DNA of 63,649 nt, counting the filler, from Aduncisulcus paluster (Eukaryota): the NCBI GenBank assembly GCA_024181965.1. It is 6 parts of 6 records of this genome, joined end to end, with 100 filler letters (N's around TTAATTAATTAA, not from the genome) between each part and the next. Parts side by side here need not be neighbours in the genome. Positions count along the whole stretch, not along the records: positions 1 to 24,536 come from BQXS01012444.1; 5 more parts are not named here. One strand, 5' to 3'. Of this stretch, positions 10,221 to 23,782 are shown piece by piece. Below the pieces are notes generated by a model that saw nothing but the letters and a program-made list of their open reading frames with translations, searched no databases and was not told where the DNA came from. The first letter of the stretch is position 1. Every line of letters begins with the position of its first letter. The translations under genes were made by a program, and so were the position numbers.

Positions 10221-13046
10221 ATGGAGATAGATTGTGTTGAGCATATTTTAATTGAGAAATTAACTGGTTCTGCCCTTCCAACTGTTATCATGCCAGATAT
10301 TGGTCGTTCTCATGTTATTGGAAAGAATAATAATGTTGATATTGCTAGCTTTGTTGAGGGTAGTAATTTTGATGGAATTAATGATATTGATTTTCATCAT
10401 ATGTCCTTTGAGTTTTCTGATGTGGCCTATTCAATGGAATCTCTCCAAATTGAAACATCAACGAATAATTTTCCAAAGGAACTTTTGTTTCGTTATTATT
10501 TAGATAGTGGTGAATGTGTTAAGAATCGTTGTATATTGGATTTATGCAAATATCAAATGTTTTCCCTCAAAACTCCCTCTTCGATTCAAAAAATTGAAAT
10601 AGAGTGTGTTTGTAATTGGAAATATGGAAATAATTGTAAATTGAGAGATATTCGGTTTATTCGGGAAATATCTCAAATTGAAAGGAAAACATTTGATGAT
10701 TCCAGAAAGATTCTTCATAAGAAAGCAAAAATTGCAAAATATTTATGTGAATCGAAACATATTATGCCTCCTGAATTTCACCCAACGTCTGTTAATCAAG
10801 TCATATTCTATCAATCACGACTTTCTGGAAAGTTTGCAAGCAAATCAACTCTTGAAACCCTTCATGATGCTCTTGAATGTGCATTATCTTCTCATCCTCT
10901 CTCTTTTTATCAGGTTAAGCTACCTTTTCCAATGGGAATGTCTATTAAAGATGTATGTATTCTCATTAAATGTGATATCATGAATCCAAGTGACCACATC
11001 CTTGGATTACATTCCCCTCGATGTTCTAATTCTCCCAAATATATAGAGATTACATTCCAAACGGTTGTAGGAAAGAGAGAAACTCGTCAATACTTTGTAA
11101 AATACACCCCTGGAATGAATTGGTTTTCTTTCAGAATTAATTGCAAAAATGTACTATTTATCGAAATTAAATGTATTGAATCCTGGAAAGATATGAGTTT
11201 TTGTGAGTGTTATGGGATCCAAATCCACTTAGATTCAAAAACAACACAACAGATGCAAAAATATCGTGTTTCATCAGAAAGTACAAAACATTACATTCAA
11301 GCCTTGCCACAGCCTGGAGCTGAGATATATGACTCACCCTGTAAGTTTTCATCGCCTTTGAATGCTATTAGAAATGAGGAATGTTTATTTTCCTATTTAT
11401 TTGGAAAGCTTGTTCTTCCATCTGACAGGTTGCAATATTCCAAGTCATCGGGATGTTATTTCTGTTATCCTGATGATGTCAATGGCATGATATATGACTG
11501 TTTTGAAAGAATGAAGCCAATTAAATTCTATTCCCTTTCGATTCCACTCGCTCATGCACAGGATATTTCCTCTATCAATATCTGTATCATAAGTCAAATT
11601 AGAGGTTCTTTCGATGAGTATATGTTCAACGCTCTTTTCGTGTGTTCTGCTTCATCTCATGTGTCAAAAGAATATAGGCTTATTAAGACAAAGGGGAATA
11701 TATGGTTTTCTTTGCCTGTAAATGTTAAAGATGTCATCCGAGTTGATTTGAATTGTACAGATGCAATGGGGAAGAGATATTGTGAAATTCAGGCAATTCA
11801 AATTATTCAAAATATTGAGTCTCCAAAAATAGATTTTGAGAAAGAAGAAGAAGAAGGAGGGGGAGGAGGAGGAGGAAAAGAAGAAGAATGGGATGAAATG
11901 GTCTTAGAGGATCCTTATGCTTCTTCTGTTTCTAGGAATAGAACTGAGGAAATGTGTCATGATGTTATACCAGTTCACAAAATTACTCCTTCAATCTTTC
12001 GATTTGGTCGAGTTCTCCCTCTTATTCCCTTCACATCACCTCGAATAGCAAAATATTCCCTTTCCCCAACAAAGAGTGTGATTCCAAAGAATATGTCTGT
12101 TTTATTATCAAGTTATTTTGAAGGATATTCTCCTTTGATCCTTAAATATCCAATTATTGAGTTTTCTTCAATGTATTTCGATCTAAATTATCCTCAAGAT
12201 ATTGAATGCATATATATTCTTATTAATTTCGAAGATCCTCATAAATCTAGGTCCATATATCGTGAGTCTCCTTATTTGAGAATGAGTGGATCATTTGTTC
12301 GAGAGAAACAGTATCCTTCTATGAAATCAAGATTGAGTCATCCAAAGGAGATTAGAATTAATATATATACTCAATCGGGGGAAATAATTGTAAAGTATTT
12401 TGATATTCATTCCATGGATATTGGGAATTTCTGGTATAAGTTCCCTATAAATGTTAAGAGCGTGTCTTCATGTGAGATTGTGTGTCAATCTTCAAGGAAG
12501 GGAACAAAATGGTGTTTTGTGTCTGGATTTCAAATGATTCTTGAAGAAGAATTTGCTTCAAATTTTGAAGAGAAAAGATTACACGTCACGAAAGGAAAAG
12601 AACAAGGCATACCTATAAAAGCCTTTAAACTGTCAAAGGATGAATGCTTTGCATTTGATCAGCAAATAATATCATTAAATTCGGAAGAACATGTTCCATT
12701 TTGTGAATTGATTCACTCAAAAGAGATATTTCATGAATCTTCGTACAAATTTCTTACTTCAAAAAATATACAAGAAATCATGATAAAATGCTCAATTCCT
12801 TTTAAATATTTGATTATCAAGTTTAATACTGAATCTAATGGTTATATTGAACAAGAATACGAGTTTTGTGATGATTTTGAAGATGGGAATGGATGGATTC
12901 GTTTAAAATGTGCAATGATGATACAAAATGTTCTCTCTTGTGATTTTATATGTGTGGAAGCCCTTGATGGGACAAAATGGTTGCAAATTGATTCATTAGT
13001 GTTCATTGATAATCATAATAACATTATATCTCCTTCTGATGGTTAA
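10221..13046 (+). CDS. Protein of about 5 tandem diverged copies of the same beta-sandwich domain
   Basis: Recurring PK(E/Y)I.I.F...W(F/Y).(F/L)P(I/V)N.K.V...EI.C motif; intronless 941-aa ORF divergent from the 9602 gene. Confidence 0.75.
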   Translation: MEIDCVEHILIEKLTGSALPTVIMPDIGRSHVIGKNNNVDIASFVEGSNFDGINDIDFHHMSFEFSDVAYSMESLQIETSTNNFPKELLFRYYLDSGECVKNRCILDLCKYQMFSLKTPSSIQKIEIECVCNWKYGNNCKLRDIRFIREISQIERKTFDDSRKILHKKAKIAKYLCESKHIMPPEFHPTSVNQVIFYQSRLSGKFASKSTLETLHDALECALSSHPLSFYQVKLPFPMGMSIKDVCILIKCDIMNPSDHILGLHSPRCSNSPKYIEITFQTVVGKRETRQYFVKYTPGMNWFSFRINCKNVLFIEIKCIESWKDMSFCECYGIQIHLDSKTTQQMQKYRVSSESTKHYIQALPQPGAEIYDSPCKFSSPLNAIRNEECLFSYLFGKLVLPSDRLQYSKSSGCYFCYPDDVNGMIYDCFERMKPIKFYSLSIPLAHAQDISSINICIISQIRGSFDEYMFNALFVCSASSHVSKEYRLIKTKGNIWFSLPVNVKDVIRVDLNCTDAMGKRYCEIQAIQIIQNIESPKIDFEKEEEEGGGGGGGKEEEWDEMVLEDPYASSVSRNRTEEMCHDVIPVHKITPSIFRFGRVLPLIPFTSPRIAKYSLSPTKSVIPKNMSVLLSSYFEGYSPLILKYPIIEFSSMYFDLNYPQDIECIYILINFEDPHKSRSIYRESPYLRMSGSFVREKQYPSMKSRLSHPKEIRINIYTQSGEIIVKYFDIHSMDIGNFWYKFPINVKSVSSCEIVCQSSRKGTKWCFVSGFQMILEEEFASNFEEKRLHVTKGKEQGIPIKAFKLSKDECFAFDQQIISLNSEEHVPFCELIHSKEIFHESSYKFLTSKNIQEIMIKCSIPFKYLIIKFNTESNGYIEQEYEFCDDFEDGNGWIRLKCAMMIQNVLSCDFICVEALDGTKWLQIDSLVFIDNHNNIISPSDG

Positions 13047-13922
13047 TAACATCTCCTTATTGACATGATTCATCAATCCTTTGATTTATGAGTTCAATGT
13101 ATTCAGGAATACGTTAATTTCATTCAAATTTACTTGAGTTTATTGCTACATTTAACGATTTTGGAAAAGTAATTTCTAAAAATAGAAATTCTAAAAATAG
13201 AATTCACATCAAACAATTGATGTTTATTTTGACAATATTTTATGACATTATGTCATGTTTTTATCTTCAAATTGCCATATTTTATAACAAAAGGCTGAAA
13301 ATTGCGGAACATGTTTGTTGTTTTTTTTTCGATAAATTTCAGGTAGATATTGAGAATTATGTTAATATTCGAATGATTTAGATGAGTGTTAAGATAATTA
13401 ACCATGTTTGTTCTAAAAATAGAATTTCTATATTTAGATTCATGGTACAGTATAGTTTTTTTTCCTGTATTTCTGTAGACATATTATTGTTTCACGAGTC
13501 GTGGTTTCATCTATTATTGAATTTCTTTTTCTATTGTATAATTCTTTGTTTAGACTAAACTTTAGTCCAGTTTTTTTGAGAGTCTCATCGAAACAAGAAT
13601 TTTCTGTTAATAAATATTGCCAATTACAATAATCCTCTGTAGTGGTGTAAGGGTCACCATATCTGGAATAGGCCATTTATGGTATAGACTCTATAGTATA
13701 GAGGTCAATGCCACAGTTTTAAAACTACACCTCAATTGATTTCCAAATGGAAGACTGTTAAATCAATTAAAATAAAAATATTACCGCACTGGTGGTAACC
13801 CCAATAACATCACATCACATCGAAACTGAATTCAGTGAATTCAAACTTTATTGCAATCTCATGTCATTACATATCAAAAGGCCAATATACATCTCTCTCT
13901 GTTCTTTCTCGACTCTTACCCA

Positions 13923-16900
13923 TTATTTCCCACTCACACCACTATGGATAGTCCCTGTTTCCCCATACTCTTCAAGCTGACGTTTAATGTACTCCTCGAT
14001 GGATGGACATTCCCACCCTTCTCCAACACGAGGAAGGATATGTTTGAGTTCTCTAGTCAAGGAATGGGCTTGGTGGATTGTCATTCGTTTCAGACGGTCA
14101 GGGTTCAACAGACCATCGAACACTTCAACAAACACCTTATACACGGCATTGTATTTCCCACCGTCCATGGTTTCAAGATCACAGAAGATCTCACTATCAG
14201 TCAGGCGTGGAAGGCAGATTTTGTCACTTGTTAGTTCCCGCAAAGCCAAGAGTAAATTCGATTTGTAATCTTTGGAATGTTCAATTGTTGTGATTTTTGG
14301 ATGAGTCATGAAAGGCTGCTTCATATCATTGAAGAGAGACCATATGGTCAGAACAACTCCCCAGACATCACTGCGTTGGCAGTAAAAACCATTAGAAAGA
14401 CTCTCGGGTGCATTGTAGCACAGAGTTCCCACAATTGATGTCTTGAACACAAAGGAACGATCTTCGGAGGAGGAAGAAGATCTTGAAGATCTGGAGGAAT
14501 CTACAGTAATGAAAGAACTGCGAGACATAGAATCACGGATCTCAACGAAGCCCAAATCTCCAAGAAGAATCTGGCACTCTTCCTTCAAAGGGTTATACCG
14601 AACAAGGAAGTTATCAGGCTTAATGTCGCGATGCACAAGCTTCTTCTTAGCACCACACAAGGTAGCAACACACTCGATGATAGCCACACACAGAGCAGCG
14701 ATCTTCACAGGATCATACACAAGGTCCTCTTCATCATCTTCACAAGGATCACATTCATCGAGATCAACAGCCCAGCTTTTGGCAAACTCAATCACATTCC
14801 CACCTTGACAGAACTCCATCGCCATCCCGAACATTCCTTTCAAATCACCATCGAGAAAATCAAGAATATGCAGAGGACGAGGGATACAGCTTTTTAACGA
14901 TGTTTTGGAATACAACCTACATTGACGAGAGAATTCTTTCTTCATTCGCTCCACACAACGAACATTCTCTTCATTCGTGGAAGCGTTCTTCATGAATTTC
15001 ACAGCACATAACACAGCAGGGGTGGGGAAGTATGGAGAAATAAGAAGAGCCAAGATCACATCTCCGAACCCACCACTGCCAATGATGCACTGAGGAGTGA
15101 TGGTTGAAGGAGATGTTGGAGTGAGAGTTACAGAGTCGAGTGGAACGGTGTATGGAGAAATGGCACTGGAAGGAAGAGGAAGAGGAGGAGGAGAGGTGGG
15201 AAGATCATGACCTCGAAGGAAAACAAGGGAGGAGATGCAGAACCATCTACTATTCTTATTATCCCACCTTCCTTTCCCTTCAATCTCACACAATACGATA
15301 TTATCCAAATCAATAGGAAGGAAGTGCCATTCAAATATATGTTCAGGTTCTGTGAATTCATACTTTTTGTTTATCTTCTTACCATCACAATCAGTGAAAG
15401 TGAAGAGAAGAGAGGGTGAACTATCATCCTTACTCACACAGACATAAGCACCTTTCATTGGACTAGGTAATGGGAAAGGGATGGAAAGATGGGATAACCA
15501 TACACTACATTCCCCTTTTAACATTTCTTGTGCATCTGAACTCAGATCATATTCCTCAGATTCCTTGCTTAAAGAATCATCCTTGCACTTAACAATTGAA
15601 AATGAAGGATCTACAAGCTTTGGATCATCATATGGAATGGGAATAGAATTTCTATGTCCTTCCTTAACAAACTCTGGTTTCACAACTGGAGGTTCAGACC
15701 AGTAGTTTCTCTCTGGCTTCACGAGATTTGATTTCTTCAGGAGTTTCTTTTCTAATGAAAACAAGGGAATCGATTCCAAAACACTCTCCATATCTTCCTT
15801 TCCCTGTAATCTCACACAGAACAACATCAGGGAGATCAACAGGAAGGAAATACCAATGATTACCTTCAAATCCAGGAAATTCGTATTTCTTGGATGTTTT
15901 ATCACCCTTCGAAGATGTGAGAGTGAAGATAAGGTGTGATGGAGGTGAAAAATAATAGCTTGTTAGACAGATATAAGCCCCTTTCATTGGGGAAGATGAA
16001 GAGAAAGGAATGGAGATATGAGTAAATTGTCCATAATTACCCTCCCCTTTCATCATCCTTTGTACTTTAGAACTCTGATCGTACCCACATTCACCTTCTT
16101 TCTTGGTGCCATCTATTGCTTTGATAGTTGGAAACTCTGTACTCTTAATATTGGGGGCATCTCTAGGAATTGGACAGCAACCCTCACTTCCTTCAAGAAG
16201 AAACTCAGGTTGCACAGTTTGAATAACAGCATCTGTGGATGAACTCATTTGAATAGAGTCTTCTTCTTCTTTTTCTTTCAGAGGTTTTGATGGCAAAGAC
16301 AAAGTTGATGTGGATGTCTTGGAGGAACTGGAAGGAATAGGAACAGGATTAAGGAGAGGAGGAGAGGTGGGAATATCATCACCTCGAAGGAAAACAAGGG
16401 AGTTGATGTAGAAATATCGACTATTCTTCTCATACCACCTTCCTTTCCCTTCAATCTCACACAATTCAACATTATCCAAATCAATAGGAAGGAAGTGCCA
16501 TTCATAGTCATATTCAGGTCTTGTGAATTCATACTTCTTGAATGTCTTCTTACCATCACAATCAGTGAAAGTGAAGAGAAGAGAGGGTGAACTATAATCA
16601 CTCACACAGATATAAGCACCTTTCATAGGACTAGGTGATGGGAAAGGGATGGAAAGATGGGATAAGGTCACATCACCTTTCCCTTTTAACATTCTTTGTG
16701 CATTTGAACTCTGATCATACTTTTCAGATTCCTTACTATACTCATCATCCTTGCACTTAACCATTGAGAATGAAGGAGCTACAAGCTTTGGGTCATCTCG
16801 TGGAATGGGAATAGAACCTCTCCCTCCTTCCTTAACAAACTCCGGTTTCACAACTTGAGCGTCAGACCATAATTTCTCTCTGGCTTCACGAGCTATGATT

Positions 16901-17433
16901 TCTTCAGGAGTTTCTTCTCTAATGAACACAAGGAATTGGATTTGAAAATATTCTTCCTTTCTTCCTTTCCCTGTAATATCACACAGGACAACATCAAGGA
17001 GATCAACAGGAAGGAAATGCCAATGAAAACCTTTAAATCCCGGAAATTCGTATTTCTTGGATGTTTTATCACCCTTCGAAGATGTGAGAGTGAAGATAAG
17101 GTGTGATGGAGGTGAAAAATAATAGCTTGTTAGACAGATATAAGCCCCTTTCATTGGGGAAGACGAAGAGAAAGGAATGGAGATATGGGTAAATTGTACA
17201 CAATTATAATTATACTCTCCTTTTATCATATTTTGTGCTTCAGAACTCTGATCGTACTCTTTTTTTTTCACAAATAATATTTTCTTGGTTTGGTTCTTTG
17301 CTTTCAACGATTCATATTTTGGGTTCTTAATATTGGGGGCATCTCGAGGAATTGGACAGCAAGACAAAAGTCCTTCATGAACAAACTCAGGTTCCACGGT
17401 TTGAATAATAGCATCTGTGGATGAACAACTCAT
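13923..17433 (-). pseudogene. Four tandem beta-sandwich domains (A-B-A-B) fused to a C-terminal Ser/Thr kinase, split by a 1-nt frameshift near 15702
   Basis: Kinase motifs IGSGGFG, AVK, HRDIKPDN, DLG, GTLCYNAPE, SDVW. Repeat 1 reads AAA TTA TGG (KLW) while repeat 2 reads AAA CTA C TGG, so one extra base separates ORF 15694-17514 from ORF 13923-15905. Could be a sequencing error. Confidence 0.8.
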
Positions 17434-18468
17434 TTGAATAGAGATAGAATATCTAAAAAATAAAAACAAGCAGAATAATGAATGAATCCGGTTAAAATAT
17501 TTCTTAATATACATTTAATAAAAGATGTGACATATGGTAAACATACAATTTGCTTGTACGACGAGAAAAAATGGAGGACTGAACAAGCAACCCTTCAATA
17601 GATAAGATTGGAAAATTAAAAAAACACATATAAAGGAGTTAAATGCTGACAAATGCTAAAAACATGTTTTATTTTCATTTCCATGTCATGGTGTTTATTC
17701 TCGATATCTCAGGCTTTTGGAGACCCCTCAGGACTGGATATAGTTCCATTTCACGTGTTAAGAACATTTATGAACGATTTCAATGCCATTCAATAACNNN
17801 NNNNNNNNNNNNNNNNNACTGAACAAGCAACCCTTCAATAGATAAGATTGGAAAATTAAAAAAACACATATAAAGGAGTTAAATGCTGACAAATGCTAAA
17901 AACATGTTTTATTTTCATTTCCATGTCATGGTGTTTATTCTCGATATCTCAGGCTTTTGGAGACCCCTCAGGACTGGATATAGTTCCATTTCACGTGTTA
18001 AGAACATTTATGAACGATTTCAATGCCATTCAATAACATGGATATATTTCCATTTCATTTCTATCCTTGCCTTTCTGTTTCATTTTCACTTGCTTTTGCT
18101 TACAATCAATAATACCAAGAACTCGGAATACGATGGTATACATATGTCTGTATACTGCTACGAATCTAATCCCCTGATGCTTCATGGAATATGACATTTT
18201 CTCCTTTCCTACCACTCCAACTCCAATGCCAGATCCTGATTACATGATAGATTTGATACTGAAATTTGTGCTCGGTGTCCTTGTCTTTGGAATGTGGGGC
18301 ATCTGTGATATGTCAAAGTTATGCTAAGTAGTACTAATACTATTATCATAGTATGATGTCAAAATAAAAAATACTGGTTTGACCAATTGAAGTTAATTAA
18401 TGGTAAATATTCACTAATGCTACCATAAGTCAACGAATCATATCAAATTTATTAAATATCCTACCATA

Positions 18469-21400
18469 TTATCTTTCACCAGTCACATACCCAATAAAAT
18501 TCATTTCAATCCCCATTGCCAGGCTAAAAAGCCCCGACAAAATGGAAGGGAGAGCCTCTGAGGCCAAAGACATAGGTCCACTCCAGCCATCAGGAAACAC
18601 ATTCTTCTTTCCAAATGTATATTTCATGGTTGAATCGAAAACTCCAAAAATATCACACTGTTTGGCGGAATAAAGAGCCTTTCTAAGGGCAACAGGACAT
18701 CCAATTCCGTGTTCTTTCATGAGCATTGAACGTCTCCACAAGCACATGGGAGAGTCGTCAGCACTCTCAATGGCATTGACCATTAGTCTGGATTTTGAAG
18801 GGTCAAACTCATCGGCAAGGAACGAAGCCATGTTGAATATACGATGTAAAACATTAGAATTGCCAGAAGAGTCGAAAAATCCCTTAAGATTATGTCCCAA
18901 TGTGAGATCCTGGCGTGCTGTCTTGAGATCTGTTCGAAGTTCATCAATATCGATAAAAGTTTCCGGCTTTCGAATCATTTCAAGGAGATTCAACCGGGAT
19001 ACAGATTTGCACCGAAGATCACCGAAGCGTCTGCCGTCTAGAATCTTTGACCCAATAGCCATATTAATTATACTCTGCGTCATTTTCCCACAATATTGCA
19101 AATAGGACGGATATAGACGTATAAATTCGTTGATTCGACGAATAATAACACCCAAGTTCTCAAAGAACAACGATGGGAGAGAAATAGGGTAGACAGTATT
19201 CAAATTCTCAACGTATTTCTCATCAAGGAGTCCAGATTCACACAACACAATCAAACAATAGAAGAAAGAGTGCAGAAGCCTCAACAATATCGGGAATGTC
19301 ACCTCGGGGGAAGCTCCAAGAGGATTCTTATTGTAGAAATAATTATGGTGACATCCAATGATACTCAAGAAATCCCTATATAAGTCGGCAAGCACAAATA
19401 TTCCGAATGGCATGCACAAATGCTGGATATATTCCTCAGTAATTTCCTTTGGAGTGGCAAAGATAGCAGTCTTTCCATACCCGTAACTCGACATCTGTTG
19501 AACTATACCACGGCCACGGGCGAAAGCTATAGAAATGTCTTCTGGCATTCCTCTCTTCAATCCGAGCACTTCTACAGCCTCTTTGAACTCATCCATACTT
19601 CCGACAATGTCCATGGATGTTATCTTACACAGAGCCACGGCCATGTGAGTTCCCATTCGTTTGAATAGAGTAAACATATTGAACAGGACACTCTCACACT
19701 CAAGGGTCTCCCGAACATGACCCACGTCCTTCAGAGCCTTGAACAACCCAGGATCTTTGAACACGCGGGATGAATCTTTCGTGGCATCACGAACTTTGAC
19801 AGAAAAGAGAAGACCATCGCCAACAGAAGCCCCAAGAGCCTCTGCCAAACGTTCAAGGGAGGCGAGGTGAGGCAATTGGACAGATTCTAATGGAGACTCT
19901 GGGGATTGTACACGCCCACCAAACATCGAAAAAATGGGTTTACCATTCTTCTTACTTATCTGAACATTCCCAGGATACAAAAAGGTATCATCAGAGACTC
20001 CTCCACTTCCACCTTCTTCCTCTTCCTTCCGTTCTTTACCGTAAGATAATCTTCGAGCTCTCCTTTTGACCTCCTGAATCATCTCATCGACAAGAAGAGC
20101 AAGAGATACCACTTTGGCTAGCTTAATACTGGGATCTCCAGAGGTTCCAAACCGACTGGAGTATGAACTTGAGACATGAGAGGCATGTGATCCAGCGATG
20201 AAGCAAGGGAAAGATGAGAGCATCCATGAAAAGTTCGAGAGAGCTCGAGAAGAATCTTTGTCTTTAAACTTGGGATTTTCAAGACAACTTTGAGTATTGC
20301 AATCGCCACCTTTAGATCCCCAAAAGCGAATATTTCTAGCCTCACCACGAATCACCGGAGGAGACACAGAGTCAATGTTGATTTTGGCATGCGATAATTG
20401 TCCAAACACACCAGAAAAAGAGGCAAAGGAGAGTCTTGAGAATTCAAGAGAGATTGCCGGAAGAAGGTTTGTAAAGACAGACCTCCATTCAGACGCCAAG
20501 AGCTTTCCGATGTGGGAGAAAGACAGAGCAGCCTCAGATTTCATGATGGACATGTTATCCTTGATAATCTGAGCCATTTTTAATTCAGAGGTATTTGAAG
20601 GCTTTCTAACAGCTTCCTCCTCTTCTTCTTCTTCTTCTTCCTCCTCCTCCTCCTCCTCTTCCCCTTCTTCTTCTTTTCCTTTTCCTTTATCACCACTCTT
20701 TACATCCTCTTCTTCTTCTTCTTCCTTCCATTTCTTCTCAAAACCTAAAATTAGATCTTCCAACATGGCAACTCTCCTCCATTCTTCAGCTGTCACACGA
20801 ACAGTACTGGGCATTTTATACCCCCACTCTCCATTGCCTTCTTTAAGAGGTCTCATAATCTTCTTAGAAACATCATCGGCATTCAACGGTAAGGCCTTAG
20901 GGGACATTACTGTTACGGGAAAGGCACCACCGGAATAGTTTTCAAGACTATGACCTGCNNNNNNNNNNNNNNNNNNNNACACCAGAAAAAGAGGCAAAGG
21001 AGAGTCTTGAGAATTCAAGAGAGATTGCCGGAAGAAGGTTTGTAAAGACAGACCTCCATTCAGACGCCAAGAGCTTTCCGATGTGGGAGAAAGACAGAGC
21101 AGCCTCAGATGTCATGATGGACATGTTATCCTTGATAATCTGAGCCATTTTTAATTCAGAGGTATTTGAAGGCTTTCTAACAGCTTCCTCCTCTTCTTCT
21201 TCTTCTTCTTCCTCCTCCTCCTCCTCCTCTTCCCCTTCTTCTTCTTTTCCTTTTCCTTTATCACCCCTCTTTACATCCTCTTCTTCTTCTTCTTCCTTCC
21301 ATTTCTTCTCAAAACCTAAAATTAGATCTTCCAACATGGCAACTCTCCTCCATTCTTCAGCTGTCACACGAACAGTACTGGGCATTTTATACCCCCACTC

Positions 21401-23197
21401 TCCATTGCCTTCTTTAAGAGGTCTCATAATCTTCTTAGAAACATCATCGGCATTCAACGGTAAGGCCTTAGGGGACATTACTGTTACGGGAAAGGCACCA
21501 CCGGAATAGTTTTCAAGACTATGACCTGCTAAGTGCTGAGTTACAGTTGAGGATGGAGGAAGGGATAAGGTCTCTGGGCTAGGTGATGGAGGCTGTGAAG
21601 ACATTAGTTCTATTGATGGTAACCGGGGTTCTTCCTCTTCTTTCTCTTCTTCCTCTTCTTTCTCTCTCTCATTAAGTCTCCGATAGACACATAGATAGAC
21701 AATGAACCTCATTCCAGAGTCTTGATAAGTCCCACGCATGAGATCTGCTATATCCTTTGCAGAAACCTCCTTAACAATAGCATCATTGATGCATATCCAT
21801 TTATAGGTATAATCTGAGAAAGAACGCTCTCTCCCATCAACATTCGGGTGCCCAGAGCTAGAAGTGGGACAGAGCACACGTGTGAAAGTAACGTAATGAC
21901 CTCCGAGCTCAGACTGCTGTGCAATAGAACCGTGTGCAATGATAGTCCACAAGAGGTATGGAGTGTCCTTATCGCTGGACTTTATACTGTCGATCGTGGA
22001 CTGCCAATTGGCTTCCTGCTCTTCCATCTTGCTACACATGTCCATGACAGAGGAAACGAAAGGATGGGAAGCTATTGTCGAGGAAAGGCCTGAGAACTTC
22101 TCTGTTTTGGAGGAAGGAGAGGCTGAGGTGGGAGATACTACTTTCTCAGTTGAGAAAGACCTCAAAACATCCGGAATATCATCTTGTTCTGTGAGATTGC
22201 ATGCTTCTTTAATGTATTCCACGACAGATACCATTTTTTTCTCCAGTTTCTTTCGACATGTCCTCAATTCCTTTGATCGACTCGAAAACTCTCGAATAGA
22301 GTCAGCATAACACTCCCTTTCTCTCACTCTTTCGCTGGATCCGGCCGTGATGTCAAGCACATCAGGAGCAAAGAAGGGGGATTCGTCTCGAAGACTGCCA
22401 GTCATTGCACCGGGAAAGTCTCCATATGGAGAATATGTCGCTGAGGGTCGACTACTAGCATCTACACGGTTAACAAGGAGAAACACAACGTCTGGAAGGA
22501 TGTCAATGTGTTCTTCTATACCTTTAACCGAAGAATCAACGAAATTAGACCAGTTGAGAGCCTTGCCGAGACCATTCATAGCAGTTCCACATTTTAGGGG
22601 CAGAAACACCGTTTGTCTGATCTCTTTGTTGGTTTTAAATGTAAATATGGATTCGAATTCATCCTTTTTCTTGTGATAACCCATTTTCTTGATTCCAAAA
22701 GCGATCTGATCAATAAGACGTGTCATAACTTCATCAAAATCTTGTTGATCGTGTGAATCTTCAAGTACTTGAATCAATGAAATTGGATTTTGATATGTCT
22801 TAACAGAATATGCCAACTGGAAGATGAGTTCCCGGACAGCAGCGAAGATCTTCACATCTTTGGGGGTATCAGCAGTTATTTCGGGCGGGGGAATAGATAA
22901 GATAAAGCTAGAGATTTCAGGAATACTTGTAAAAGCTTGAATTATTGAATTAATGTAGCATGAAACCTTGGTGGGATTCTCGAGTCCAGATGGAATTCCA
23001 ACAGTCCGAAAACCTTTATCAGTATCAGATTCTGAGCTTTCAATCATGGAAATGCGTGTGGGTTCTTTACAGGTCTCTTCACCAAATTGGTAAGCGGATT
23101 TAAGAGAGCTGGATACTTTGGAGACCGTAGTACGGCAGAATGGGCAATTACATGCTCCAAATCCGAACATACTAGATGGAAATGAAAGTACTTGCAT
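18469..23197 (-). CDS. Ubiquitin-specific protease (peptidase C19) with long C-terminal extension; one gene artificially split by a gap and a 551-bp duplication
   Basis: Cys box GLENPTKVSCYINSIIQ, QQDFDE, His box IIAHG...GGHYVTF...WICINDAIV; 20408-20958 is repeated at 20979-21529. A short upstream exon (MNPQEMQ..., near 23330-23398) is possible. Confidence 0.88.
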
Positions 23198-23782
23198 TGA
23201 AAAAAAGTGTAATAATTATATAGAGCTTGTAAAACCGAACAGATAAGTTGTAAGTAGAAATAAAGTATTATTCAGACAAAATAAAACAAAATAATTCTTT
23301 AAAACCAAATTTTAATAAAAATACACCCTTAATGTATTTTTTGTGTTATCAAGAAAGCAGAGAGTATTCAACTTTGTCTGCATCTCTTGAGGATTCATTC
23401 TCTACTCATTTTTGAGGAGCTAACAAACAATAAAAACAATAAAATAAAAGATTCAACATTTACTAAGATGAAATGAGCAGTGTCACATGAAAAAATAAAT
23501 CATGAAGTCTCTGTGCTATTTAATCAGAATAACTACAACTGACAGTTGTCAACTGTAAAGAGATTCTAAATATCAATTAAAAATGCTCCATTAGAAACCA
23601 AAACAACACGATAGCAACCACAAAAATTAAGATGAAATATCTACAATAATTTGTCGAAACTACAAGAGATGAGTTCTTGATCAATTCTTGGTTGATAGAT
23701 AAGCATAAACAATAATAATCCTCAAAAAGTTTGCTTAGTATTAATATTTGAATGATATACATCATCCACACCCCTTTTCCTA

